DNA of 63,452 nucleotides, counting the filler, from Anaerolineae bacterium (lineage in GTDB: Bacteria; Chloroflexota; Anaerolineae; Epilineales; Epilineaceae): the NCBI GenBank assembly GCA_029262755.1. It is 5 parts of 5 records of this genome, joined end to end, with 100 filler letters (N's around TTAATTAATTAA, not from the genome) between each part and the next. Parts side by side here need not be neighbours in the genome. Positions count along the whole stretch, not along the records: positions 26,323 to 44,054 come from JAJCYU010000071.1; 4 more parts are not named here. One strand, given 5' to 3'. Positions 31,541-41,045 of this stretch are shown piece after piece (the stretch's first letter is position 1; every line of letters begins with the position of its first letter). The position numbers and the translations under genes were made by a program. The notes beneath the pieces are model-generated. The model made no database searches, had not been told where the DNA came from, and worked only from the letters and a program-made list of their open reading frames with translations.

Positions 31541-33622
31541 CTACGGCCGTAGATGCTCCACGAAAAAGTCCGTGATGGCGTCGTAGCAGCGCACGCGGTT
31601 CTCGTGCTTGAGCACGTCATGTCCTTCGTCCTCGAACACGAGGTAGTCGACGGTGCGCCCCAGCGAGCGAAGATGCTCCACGACGTCGGCCGATTCCGCC
31701 TCGACGACGCGTGGGTCATTGGCACCTTGGATAACCAGGAGTGGGCAGCGCAGACCGTCGATATGCGTGCGGGGCGAGCGTTCGACAAGGGCTGCGCGGT
31801 CGGCCGGGACCTCGGGATCGCCGATTGCCAGCTTGAAGTAGGTCTTCCACGTCTCGGGAATCCGCTCCGAGAAGGTGAGCAGATCATAAGGGCCGAACAT
31901 GTCGCATGCGGCCGCCCAGAGCTCCGGATGACGCGCCGCGAGGGTGAGCGTCATGTAGCCGCCGTAGCTACGTCCCACCACGGCAGCGCGCGCGACGTCG
32001 ATGCCCGGATCCTGCGAGAGCACGCGCGTCATGGCGTGTACGTGGTCGAGCCGGTCGTCGCCGCCCCAATCCCGGTCGACGCGCTTCATGTAGGACAGGC
32101 CGTAGCCGCTCGAGCCACGTGCGTTGGGCACGAAGACCGCGAAGCCGCGTAGCGTCAGGTATTGGATCAGCGGCATGGAAAACCAGGCGAAGTCCGGCCG
32201 CTCCTGGCCTTGCGGTCCGCCGTGCACGTAGTAGACAAGCGGCCGTGGTCCCTCAAAGCCAAGCGCAGGGCTCGGACGATAGAGGCGCGCCGAGACACGC
32301 AGTCCGTCGAAGGAGGTGAAGGATGCATCCTCACCCGGCGCGAGCACGTCCGCGGGGAGGCCGAGGAGCTTCTCCCGCGTGTGCGCCACGATGTCGCGTC
32401 GCGGGCCCTCCAGGGTGTAGAGCTGCGTCGGCGTGGTTGCGGACGAGAAGGAGAGGACGAACTCATCGCCCGCCTCGTGCCATTCGACATGCTCGATCAC
32501 GCCGTCTGCCAGCGGGCCCTCGCCGACCAGGACGCGCTCGAGAGCCAGGATGCGCTCGTCCTCGTCCAGGCGTCCTTCGTAGAGCCACGAGACGCCCTCG
32601 ATGTTGTAACCGAGCAGATAGCGATCGCCCTTCAGCGCCTCGAGATGCGTGAGCTCGCCGATGCCGTCGTGGGCGATGCCGGCGATGGTCACCGGCTCGA
32701 GGCCGCGCGCCTCCGGGGTCGTCGCGTCGCGACCCTGCTCGCGGAGGTCGATCGCCGGCAGGTCCAGGTATGCGAGGGTTCCCCGGTCGTCGAAGTGAGC
32801 CGTGCGCAGCAGCAGGCCGCCGCCTTCGGTGAACGAACACGAACCAAGGCCCAGCGGCGTCACGTTCTCGCCCGGCTCGCGTTGATCGTAGGTCGTGCCG
32901 AGCAACACGTCGCTTCGACCGTCTTGCCAAAGGGAAAGCACAGTGTCGCCCGCGCTGTAGCCGCTAACGAGTGCCAAGCGCTCGGCGCCGCCCGCGCCCC
33001 GCTCGTCCACATCGGCTACGCCCTCGCCCCACATACCTTCGTGGATGCGGGTGAGCGAGCCGTCGCGCACGTCGCCGCGCCAGGTCTCGTTGATGGCCGC
33101 GTCCAGCCGTTGCGCGGCCAAGAACACGATGCCACGTTCGAGATCAGAGTGGCCGAGGTGAACCCGTCGGCCTGCCAGCGCGCCGTCGAAGGCGGGCACC
33201 GGGAAGCCACCTTCCTGCGGAATCCACATCGGTTGATAGACTTCGTCGCCGTCGTGGTCGATCATGACCAGGATGCGGCCGAGTGCAGGGAAGACACGGA
33301 AAGAATGCCCCCCGAGCATATGCGGATTGTGTAGCGCGATGTGGGGCGGCAGTAGGGGTTCGGGAACGCTGCCCGCGCGGTCCATCACGTACAATCCGAG
33401 GCGCCCACCCAGGTTGGAGACGAAGTAGAGTCGCTCGCCGACCAACTGGGGCACCAGGAAGAGCCGCGCCGACAGCAACGACTCGATCCGCGGTGTCGCT
33501 TCACCGCTGCTCTGTTGCCCGACCGTAGCGTTGCGAGCCGGTTCCGCGACGCCAACGGCGCCTGGATCTGTGCTGGGCGATACCCCGGTGGATGGAGCGT
33601 TGGCGGCGGCGGATGAGGTCAT
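31541..33622 (-). CDS. S9 family (prolyl oligopeptidase/acylaminoacyl peptidase-like) serine peptidase
   Basis: YVHGGPQ, PNARGSSGYG, GRSYGG nucleophile, GANDPRV, DEGH. Confidence 0.93.
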   Translation of the reverse strand: MTSSAAANAPSTGVSPSTDPGAVGVAEPARNATVGQQSSGEATPRIESLLSARLFLVPQLVGERLYFVSNLGGRLGLYVMDRAGSVPEPLLPPHIALHNPHMLGGHSFRVFPALGRILVMIDHDGDEVYQPMWIPQEGGFPVPAFDGALAGRRVHLGHSDLERGIVFLAAQRLDAAINETWRGDVRDGSLTRIHEGMWGEGVADVDERGAGGAERLALVSGYSAGDTVLSLWQDGRSDVLLGTTYDQREPGENVTPLGLGSCSFTEGGGLLLRTAHFDDRGTLAYLDLPAIDLREQGRDATTPEARGLEPVTIAGIAHDGIGELTHLEALKGDRYLLGYNIEGVSWLYEGRLDEDERILALERVLVGEGPLADGVIEHVEWHEAGDEFVLSFSSATTPTQLYTLEGPRRDIVAHTREKLLGLPADVLAPGEDASFTSFDGLRVSARLYRPSPALGFEGPRPLVYYVHGGPQGQERPDFAWFSMPLIQYLTLRGFAVFVPNARGSSGYGLSYMKRVDRDWGGDDRLDHVHAMTRVLSQDPGIDVARAAVVGRSYGGYMTLTLAARHPELWAAACDMFGPYDLLTFSERIPETWKTYFKLAIGDPEVPADRAALVERSPRTHIDGLRCPLLVIQGANDPRVVEAESADVVEHLRSLGRTVDYLVFEDEGHDVLKHENRVRCYDAITDFFVEHLRP

Positions 33623-33845
33623 GACGCACTCCTAACTCGGATCGAGCGCCGGGGCGGGAGGCGCAATGCCCTACTGGCTGAACGTTACATAGAAATGGCT
33701 TGGCCCGGCGATTGTAACATGGTGTGCGCGTGTCTCGACCGGCGAATCCTTGACCGCTTTGCGACCTGGGTGGCAGAGTTCCCGTGGTGCGACGAGCCGT
33801 GGCGAGCGCACGCGACACGGCACCCGCCGAGCTCGGAGTGTTGAC

Positions 33846-35117
33846 GTGACGGTTCCCGATCCGAAGGCATCGTTCCCGGCCATGGGTGCTCACACCCCGG
33901 CCCCCGGCGAAGACGCCGCAGCGGATCCAGGCGCCGCGCTCGAATCCGCCGGCGTCACGTCGCACGCGGTCCCGCCGGCCGGCACCAGCCCGACCGCCGA
34001 GGCACGTTGGCGCGAGGTCGACGTCGGCGGCGGCGGCGAGCGCGTCGATCACCGCTATCCCAACGACCTCTACTTCGCCCACCTCTCCCTCTATCGATTC
34101 GCCCTGCCCTTTGCGCGCGATCGGCGGGTCATCGATCTGGGTTCGGGCGCCGGCTACGGTGCCGAATGGCTGGCCGCTCACGGCGCTCGAAGCGTGCTCG
34201 GCATCGATATCGACGCCCAAGCCGTGGCCTTCAGCCGCGACCATTTCGATCGACCCGGCCTACGCTTCGAAACGATGGACGTGACCGCGATCAAGGGGCT
34301 GCCGGCCGGTGGCTGCGACCTCCTTTTCTCTTCCAACACCCTTGAGCACGTCGCCGACCCGTGGGCGGTGTTGCGGGCCGCAGCGTCGCTGCTCTCCGAC
34401 GAAGGGGTGCTCGTCATCGCCGTGCCGGCCGTGGTGAACATCGTCAGCCGCGTTCAGCAGTTGTCGAACCCCCACCACCTGGTGATCTGGTCGCCCGAGC
34501 AGTGGTTTCACGCGATCGGTCTCTATTTCGCCGAGGTCGAGGGCTGGCGGCATCTCTTCGCGCATCCCACCTTGCCGCTCGACGTGCACAACAGCCCTGA
34601 GGAATGCCGGATCAACGAGGTGGACTTCGCGTTTGAGCGCATGCCGGACGATGACTTGCGTCGCGACACCCTCACGACCGTTTTCGTCGCGCGCCGTCCC
34701 CGCGGCGACGCCGAGCTTCCGCCCATCGGCGCCGCGCCGAGCTACGTGGACGATTCTTTCGTCCGACAGCGGCCTCGCTGGACCCGAACACCCCTGCCGC
34801 TCGAAGAGGCCGCGCTGCCCGCACGACCGATTGCGGCGCTACCAGGGCGAGCCCTGGCGTTGCTACGCCGCGGTGGTCCGCGCGCGCTCGTCGCGGAAGC
34901 ACGGCGCTACGTCGTGTGGCGCCTCCGCCGCCGCGAAGCGCTGCGCCTGCTTGGGGATCGCGTCGGCGAGGCGATCGAGACGCCGCGCCCGGGACGAGGG
35001 CCGGAGACGGAATCGACGGCGGGGCAGGCGGCGGGCGCGAGCGGACCCTCCGACGGGAAGCGCGGTGCGCACGAGAGCGATTCAGCGGTCGACGAGGATG
35101 GGCGCGGGTCCCCGTAG
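33846..35117 (+). CDS. Class I SAM-dependent methyltransferase
   Basis: HLSLYRFA, VIDLGSGAGYG, GIDID, NTLEHV; start uncertain. Confidence 0.85.
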   Translation: MTVPDPKASFPAMGAHTPAPGEDAAADPGAALESAGVTSHAVPPAGTSPTAEARWREVDVGGGGERVDHRYPNDLYFAHLSLYRFALPFARDRRVIDLGSGAGYGAEWLAAHGARSVLGIDIDAQAVAFSRDHFDRPGLRFETMDVTAIKGLPAGGCDLLFSSNTLEHVADPWAVLRAAASLLSDEGVLVIAVPAVVNIVSRVQQLSNPHHLVIWSPEQWFHAIGLYFAEVEGWRHLFAHPTLPLDVHNSPEECRINEVDFAFERMPDDDLRRDTLTTVFVARRPRGDAELPPIGAAPSYVDDSFVRQRPRWTRTPLPLEEAALPARPIAALPGRALALLRRGGPRALVAEARRYVVWRLRRREALRLLGDRVGEAIETPRPGRGPETESTAGQAAGASGPSDGKRGAHESDSAVDEDGRGSP

Positions 35118-35219
35118 CGTTGCGGCTACCGGGCGGTGAGGAACGTCCGGCGACCGCGTTCGTGCGTGCGCGTGCACGCATGTTTTCTCGGGACCCCTGT
35201 GCCCTACCTGCAAAGAACC

Positions 35220-35849
35220 CTATCGGCAGAGATATCCGCCCCCCGCGCAGGCGATACACAGCGGGCGGCCGTCCACGTTTTGCTCTCGCTCGTTGAAGAT
35301 CTCCTCGCCGCATGCGTCGCACGCTGCTCGTGCGCTCTCCGTGCTCACCAAGCGCGCAATCGGTTGCGCGAGCCGCACCGACTCTACGTCCAGCAGCCGG
35401 TCATCCGGCATGCGCTGGTAGCCGAGCACGTAGCCTTGCCAACGGTCGGGCGCGTCCGGCGCGTAGGCCTGCACGCGATCGCGTAGGTCGAGCTGCGGAC
35501 GGATGCGGATCGCCCGTTCCGCCTCGACGTCGACGAAGGTCGCGGCCACCTTGCCTTGGTCGTAAACGCGCATCGTACGCCGGCCGACGTGGCAGTGCGC
35601 GGCAACCGCCACGCCGTCCGTGAAGCATCCGTCGGTCTCAACGAGGGCGAGGAGCCGTTTCGCGTGATCGGGCTGGGGCACGTCAAGCCCAAGAACATCG
35701 CCCGCCAACAGGGCCATGCGCACGCCTAGCACTTGGCGCGGACACAGGTGGGCGTGACGCTGCGCCGCGGCATCGAGCAGGGCCCGAAGTCGCGGCGCGA
35801 CGTCAGGATCGACGAGGTCGGTGCGAAGGCCTCGTTCGTTCAGACCCAC
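35220..35849 (-). CDS. FmdE-family protein with C-terminal Zn finger
   Basis: HAHLCPRQVLGVRM, ETDGCFTDG, GKVAATF, CDACGEEI...CIACA; start approximate. Confidence 0.88.
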   Translation of the reverse strand: MGLNERGLRTDLVDPDVAPRLRALLDAAAQRHAHLCPRQVLGVRMALLAGDVLGLDVPQPDHAKRLLALVETDGCFTDGVAVAAHCHVGRRTMRVYDQGKVAATFVDVEAERAIRIRPQLDLRDRVQAYAPDAPDRWQGYVLGYQRMPDDRLLDVESVRLAQPIARLVSTESARAACDACGEEIFNEREQNVDGRPLCIACAGGGYLCR

Positions 35850-36265
35850 ACCGCGAGCAAGGCACCGATCACGATCATATAGGTCAGCTGGTAGCCGGCG
35901 TTGATCTTGAGCACCGTCTTGCTCGTCTCTTGGAACATCGCGTTCGTCACGGCGGGCGGCAGCATCAAGCCGACCCAGGCCAGGATGCCCACCGAGGCGC
36001 CGTTGATCCACGTGCGGTCGTCCAGGCCGGAGAGCAGCACGCTGAGCACCCAGGCGGTGAGCAACGAACCGACCAGGCTGGCGATGTAGGCAGGCCCGGC
36101 TTCGCCCTGCTTGGCCTTCATCTGTTCGGGCGTCATGTCATCCCAGCCCATGGCGGAAGCCCACTGCTTCCCGAAGAGCAAGGGGCTATACCAAGCCATG
36201 CCGAGCGCAAACACGATAACGACGGATAGCGCGATGGCGAGCCAATTGACAGCGAACAGGGACAT
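35840..36265 (-). CDS. DUF1761 family membrane protein
   Basis: VNWLAI...GMAWYSPLLFGKQW...INAGYQL pattern; AAGGAG RBS. Confidence 0.88.
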   Translation of the reverse strand: MSLFAVNWLAIALSVVIVFALGMAWYSPLLFGKQWASAMGWDDMTPEQMKAKQGEAGPAYIASLVGSLLTAWVLSVLLSGLDDRTWINGASVGILAWVGLMLPPAVTNAMFQETSKTVLKINAGYQLTYMIVIGALLAVWV

Positions 36266-36319
36266 GGGGCGTTCTCCTTACAGTGGTTGTTGGGCAAACA
36301 TGCGGCATGCATCCTTGGC

Positions 36320-36349
36320 ACCATAGAACGGGTGTTCCCTGGTTGTCAA
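36320..36349 (-). promoter_or_regulatory. Sigma70-type promoter with GAAC-N4-GTTC (LexA/Cheo-type) box in the spacer
   Basis: TTGACA (36349-36344), 18 nt, TATGGT (36325-36320); GAACGGGTGTTC at 36326-36337. Confidence 0.55.
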
Positions 36350-36672
36350 GAGCGACGCTTGCGTTGGCGTACGTTACGCGGCCTTTCGCCGCCCACGTCG
36401 CTCCCTCCTAGCGCCGCTTGGATCACCCGAACTCCGACGTTGGGCTTCTGCCCCCCCTCTTCCGCGCACCGTCACCCTCCCTCGCCACGGGGCGAAAATG
36501 TGCCGCGAGCTGCGAGGATGCACTGGGCGGAATCGACCAGGAATTCATCTCGGAGGGTGGGGCTGTCCACGCCAGAGCTTCGTCCCGTATCATGGGTGGC
36601 GGGACGGCCGTAGCCCATGTCGCGAACAGCTTTCTCGCCCTCTACTACTATGCCCACCACGGAGCCAGCGCC

Positions 36673-37140
36673 GTGAAGATTCACCTCATCGCCGTCGGCA
36701 CCGGAATGCCGTCCTGGATCGCGGAAGGCTGGCGCGAGTACGCGCAGCGTCTGGGTGGCGCTGTGACCCTCGCGCTGGTCGAGCTGCCTGCCGGTCGAAG
36801 GGCGAAGAGCGCGGACGTCGCACGGCTACGCGCCGAGGAAGGCGAACGTTTGTTGGCGGCCGTGCCGGACGGCGCTTGGGTCGTGGCTCTTGACGAGCGC
36901 GGCAAGAGCTGGTCGAGCCGCGATCTAGCGCGTCGGTTGGATAGCTGGATGATGGACGGACGGGACGTCGCCCTGCTCGTAGGTGGGGCCGACGGCCTGG
37001 ACCCTGCCGTCCTCGCCCGCGCCGATCTACGTTGGTCCCTGTCTGCGCTTACGCTGCCGCATATGTTGGTCCGAGTGGTCGTGGCGGAACAGGTGTATCG
37101 CGCATGGACGCTGCGTACGGGACATCCCTACCACCGCTAA
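36673..37140 (+). CDS. rlmH: 23S rRNA (pseudouridine1915-N3)-methyltransferase RlmH
   Basis: KIHLIAVG, LDERGK, VGGADGL, SLSALTLPH, EQVYRA, GHPYHR. Confidence 0.96.
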   Translation: MKIHLIAVGTGMPSWIAEGWREYAQRLGGAVTLALVELPAGRRAKSADVARLRAEEGERLLAAVPDGAWVVALDERGKSWSSRDLARRLDSWMMDGRDVALLVGGADGLDPAVLARADLRWSLSALTLPHMLVRVVVAEQVYRAWTLRTGHPYHR

Positions 37141-37318
37141 GGGCGCGTCCTCGAACAAGTCGACCGAACAATGGGTGCCGATGTGCCTCCGTAGCTCGAG
37201 GGACTCGGCGCTCACGACGCGGATCCATGTTGGCCGCCCGCGATCACGTTGTGCCCTCCGCTCACCGATCTCCGACCTCCGACTTGCGCCCTCCGCGTAC
37301 TCACCGCCATGCCCGCCC

Positions 37319-37711
37319 CTACTCGCCGAACAGGCGCTCGTCGAGGCGGCGGATGCCCTGCTGCGTAATCCGCAGTTGTACGGCCAACGCGAACTGCTCG
37401 GCTTCCTCGCGCAGCGCGCGTGCCACCGCGAGGCGCACCTCGCCGCCCTTTGCTCCCGGGATGTCGTCAAAGGCTTGGAGACGCCGAGATCGCAGACGCA
37501 CTTTGGCGCCGAAGAGACCCTTCTCATACGTTGCGGAGGCAAGGTCCTCGATCGGGATCGACAACTCACGCATCTCCGATTTCAGCACGCCGATCACCAC
37601 ATCGCGTGTTCGAAACTCGAGAATCAAAGTTGTGCCTTCAAGGCGCGCGATGCCCTCCGTCTCGGCCAGGCCCTCGTACGCGTCGGAAATCTTGAAGCTC
37701 AGGCTGTCCAC
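37319..37711 (-). CDS. Hypothetical protein
   Basis: Clean 130-aa ORF, GAGGAGG RBS, overlaps the upstream Nudix gene end. Confidence 0.7.
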   Translation of the reverse strand: MDSLSFKISDAYEGLAETEGIARLEGTTLILEFRTRDVVIGVLKSEMRELSIPIEDLASATYEKGLFGAKVRLRSRRLQAFDDIPGAKGGEVRLAVARALREEAEQFALAVQLRITQQGIRRLDERLFGE

Positions 37712-38232
37712 ACGGCCTCCTCGGTCGGCGGGTCGTGAAAGACGACGTCATGATCGACCAGCGCCCCATCGCGGTAGCGGAAGGTTCCCGAGAAGAAGCG
37801 TCCTCCGTCCAACCAGGGCAGGAACACGCGGTCGCCTTCCCACAACGGCAAGCTGAGGACGTCCTCGTTCGGGATCCACGCCAACAGCCCTTCCGCCGAG
37901 CGCTCCCATGCGACGCCTTCAAAGTCCTCCACGACGAATACGTAGACGTACCAGTCACGTTCCGGCGTGAAGCCGGGGAAGGTGAGAATACCGCGCAAGT
38001 TCGGATCAAGGGCCCGCAGCCCCGATTCTTCTGCGATCTCGCGCACGGCGCATGCTTCGGGCGACTCGCCGGGCTCGAGCTTGCCGCCCAGACCGTTCCA
38101 CTTGCCGGCATGAACGTCGCCATCGCGCGTGACCCGGTGGAGCATGAGGGTCTCTCCGTCCCGACGCACGTAGCACAGGGTTGCCAGCACCGGGACAGTA
38201 GGCCGAGAAGGTGGCAGCGACGGGACCGACAT
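37699..38232 (-). CDS. Nudix hydrolase, 8-oxo-dGTP diphosphatase (MTH1/MutT-like)
   Basis: ATLCY, KWNGLGGKLEPGESPEACAVREIAEESGL Nudix box, LWEGDRVFL. Confidence 0.9.
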   Translation of the reverse strand: MSVPSLPPSRPTVPVLATLCYVRRDGETLMLHRVTRDGDVHAGKWNGLGGKLEPGESPEACAVREIAEESGLRALDPNLRGILTFPGFTPERDWYVYVFVVEDFEGVAWERSAEGLLAWIPNEDVLSLPLWEGDRVFLPWLDGGRFFSGTFRYRDGALVDHDVVFHDPPTEEAVWTA

Positions 38233-38590
38233 GTAAGGACTCCGGAGCGCGAGGAAGTGCGGCCGACAAACACGATGCACAGGAGGGTAACGGGAGGCGT
38301 TCGCGTCGCCAAGCATGCAGTGCAATACAGGCGAGCGCGCGGGACGCGCGGCGCATCGACATGGTCCACGGCGACGCGGGAGTGTCCACTTCGCAAGTCG
38401 GAATCGTCCTGCTCAGGTAACGCGAAACCCTGTGTGCCACCAAAGCGCGAGACTATCGTCCACACTGCATCTCGGAAGCCCCCCCCCGAAACTCGGACTG
38501 CCCTTTGTGCAAGGTGCGGTGTTCGCCATGAAGAGGGCGTCTGCCCAACCATCATCCGAGGCCCGAGAATATCCCGTGGGGGGGAGCAAC

Positions 38591-40621
38591 ATGAACACTC
38601 GAAGTGCGCATCCCGTGCGCGTCTTGGCCATCTTGATCCTGTTCGTCGGCATCATGGTTTCGGCGTCGAGCACCCGGTCTTCACTGCACGCACAAAGTCC
38701 GACCTACGGCCTGCCCGACCTACACTCGGTGCATATCGAGCCGGAGTTCTTCGACGAGTTCCGGCAAGCATCTGCCTCGCCGATGCGTATCGCCTCCCAA
38801 GAGGGCATCGGCGGCACGGTGATCGACGTACTCGACCGCTCCGGCGCCGCCAACCCATGGACGTTGACGCTACGCTCCAAGACGGACGGCGCCCTGACCG
38901 AGATCATGCGCGGTCTCCTGCCCGATGGCCGCGCGCGCATCGCGCTGTCGGATGAGACGGCCGCCAAGCGCGGCACGTATACCGGCGCATTGCGCGCCGA
39001 AGGCGCCTTCGAGGCCCGTGCGCGCACCACCTGGCCCAACCAGGCCTCGGCCGCCTATGCGGCGGAGGAAGCTTCGCGCGACCTCATCGTGCCATTGCTT
39101 GTGGTCAACCAACGGGATCACGGCACGATCTTCAGCGTGTTCAACCCGTCGGAATCCGAGACCGCATCCGTGACCCTCTTCATCTTCAATCCGATCAACG
39201 GCGAGATGCTCTCCACATTCCAAGCCCTGATCGATCCAGGCACCGTCTCCAGCTGGGACACCTTCTTCGACCAGACTGTGTTCGGCCCTTCGACCCTGCC
39301 GCCCAATGCCGCCGGCGGCTTCGTCGGCTCGATCTTCATCGAGTCCACGGACCCCGTGGTTGGCTTAGCTTATGGCGAGCAGCTGTCCGCCGTAGGAAGC
39401 TCGGCTTATGGCGCACGGCCCAAGGACGCAGCCGATACGACGCAGATCCTGCCCTCGGTTCGCGCCGATGCAGACGGCGATACGCTTTTGGCTATCACGA
39501 GCGCGGAGCTGGGCAGCAGCAGCACGGACGTGACGATCAGCTTTGTACCGGAGGATGGTCTGGCCGGAAGCGTGGAGCCGATCGATATGGCGCTCACGCT
39601 CTCCCCCCGCGGCGCCGCCTTCCTCGATCTGGGTGGCCGCGGCAGGGGCACCGTCGATGCGCCGACCTTGCCCGCCGGCTTCCGCGGCAGCGCGATCATC
39701 ACGGCGTCGCGGCCGGTCCTCGCCGTTGCGCTCGAAACCCATCGGCAGGACGACACCATCGTGGGCGTCGCCGCCTACAATGCCTTTGCGCCCGCCGGCT
39801 TGTCGGCGGCCTACGAAGTCCCCACGCTGCGCAAGCAGACCGACTATCGATCCTCCACGCTCTTCCTGCACAACCCGGCCACGGAATCCGCCTCCGTCGC
39901 GGTCCACTTCGAGGACGCCGACGGAGCCCCCATCGCCCAGGAGTCGGTCGATCTCGCGCCCGGCGCGCTGCGACGCCTCGGGCTGACCGATCTTGCAGAC
40001 GTGCCGCAAGGCATGATCTCCGCGCGAATCGAGGCCAATCACGCAATCTCGGCGCTGGTCGGCGAGGAACGCGATCGTTCCGCGGAGTACCCGCTGCCGC
40101 CCTCCGTCTTCGGCCTCGGCCCGGACCGTGGATCGGACGTCTCCGGTACCGCGGTTATCACGCAGGTCGGGGACGATATTGAGGTCGTCGTCGACCTGGA
40201 CTCGGACTCGTCGCTCACGCTGTCGATCATCGAGGGTCCGTGCTCGGACGACGACGCCCGACGCAAGCACTCGTTGTCCGCAAGCGCGCGGCGCTCCACG
40301 ACCACGCTCCGCAACGTCAGCCTGCTCGACCTCGCCGAGACCCCGCACGGAATCCGCGGCTGGCGCGGGCGCTTCCGCCGCGTCTGCGGCAACATCCCGG
40401 TCGTGTTCGATGTCGACGACGCCGACGCCTCGTTAGTCCGTGCCCTGCCCGCACGATACACGGCACCGACCCCGCCACCGGCAGCCTCGCCGACATCCGA
40501 GATTCCACCGACCGTGGAGCCAAGCGCGACGCCAGACGCACCACCGGTTCCCACCTCCGATCCAGGCGGCAACGATTCCACCGACATCTATCTGCCGCTC
40601 GCACGACACGACGCGCCGTAG
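38591..40621 (+). CDS. Exported hypothetical protein with repeated beta-sandwich modules, degenerate SOD/CHRD-like domain, Pro/Thr linker and C-terminal IYLP motif
   Basis: Signal peptide (VLAILILFVGIMV...AQ), repeated xxNP motifs (VFNPSE, LHNPAT), ends PTSDPGGNDSTDIYLPLARHDAP. Confidence 0.75.
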   Translation: MNTRSAHPVRVLAILILFVGIMVSASSTRSSLHAQSPTYGLPDLHSVHIEPEFFDEFRQASASPMRIASQEGIGGTVIDVLDRSGAANPWTLTLRSKTDGALTEIMRGLLPDGRARIALSDETAAKRGTYTGALRAEGAFEARARTTWPNQASAAYAAEEASRDLIVPLLVVNQRDHGTIFSVFNPSESETASVTLFIFNPINGEMLSTFQALIDPGTVSSWDTFFDQTVFGPSTLPPNAAGGFVGSIFIESTDPVVGLAYGEQLSAVGSSAYGARPKDAADTTQILPSVRADADGDTLLAITSAELGSSSTDVTISFVPEDGLAGSVEPIDMALTLSPRGAAFLDLGGRGRGTVDAPTLPAGFRGSAIITASRPVLAVALETHRQDDTIVGVAAYNAFAPAGLSAAYEVPTLRKQTDYRSSTLFLHNPATESASVAVHFEDADGAPIAQESVDLAPGALRRLGLTDLADVPQGMISARIEANHAISALVGEERDRSAEYPLPPSVFGLGPDRGSDVSGTAVITQVGDDIEVVVDLDSDSSLTLSIIEGPCSDDDARRKHSLSASARRSTTTLRNVSLLDLAETPHGIRGWRGRFRRVCGNIPVVFDVDDADASLVRALPARYTAPTPPPAASPTSEIPPTVEPSATPDAPPVPTSDPGGNDSTDIYLPLARHDAP

Positions 40622-40821
40622 CAATTGCGCGCGGCAGCTCCGCGCGAAGGGAATCGCGCGCTGCGAAGACCTTCACTGCGGGGACACGCACCGCGAAAAC
40701 GCACACCGCGAAGTCCTACCCCGCTACGCCCAACGGACATTCGTCTCGAAGCAATGAGCTGTGACGTTCCGGTGTGCGGCAATACGACGAACTCTGCGAC
40801 GCTCTGGCGCGCCGCGTAGCG

Positions 40822-40856
40822 CCACGATCGTGCTCCAGCCGGGAGCACGATCGTGG
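40822..40856. terminator. Perfect 15-bp stem hairpin between convergent genes
   Basis: CCACGATCGTGCTCC-AGCCG-GGAGCACGATCGTGG. Confidence 0.6.
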
Positions 40857-41045
40857 TCGTTCTCGGCTGCGTCACCCGGACGTGGTTCAACCGCATCGCT
40901 TCGCCGCCCGTCTATCCGCCTCGCTCTGACGGACCAGGCCAGGATCGCGCTCACGTCCTCTAACAGCCGCGCCCTCGCGCCCGCGTCCGCGCCTCCGGCC
41001 CGCCCCTCGCCCCTCGCTCGAGTTCTCCCTCTGAGTCTGCTCGCC

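Noticed and set aside
38233..38590. Long intergenic regions (also 36350-36670, 40622-41045, 29610-29769) as riboswitch or ncRNA candidates
   Set aside because: No recognisable riboswitch, tmRNA, SRP or RNase P consensus by eye; an Infernal/Rfam scan would be needed
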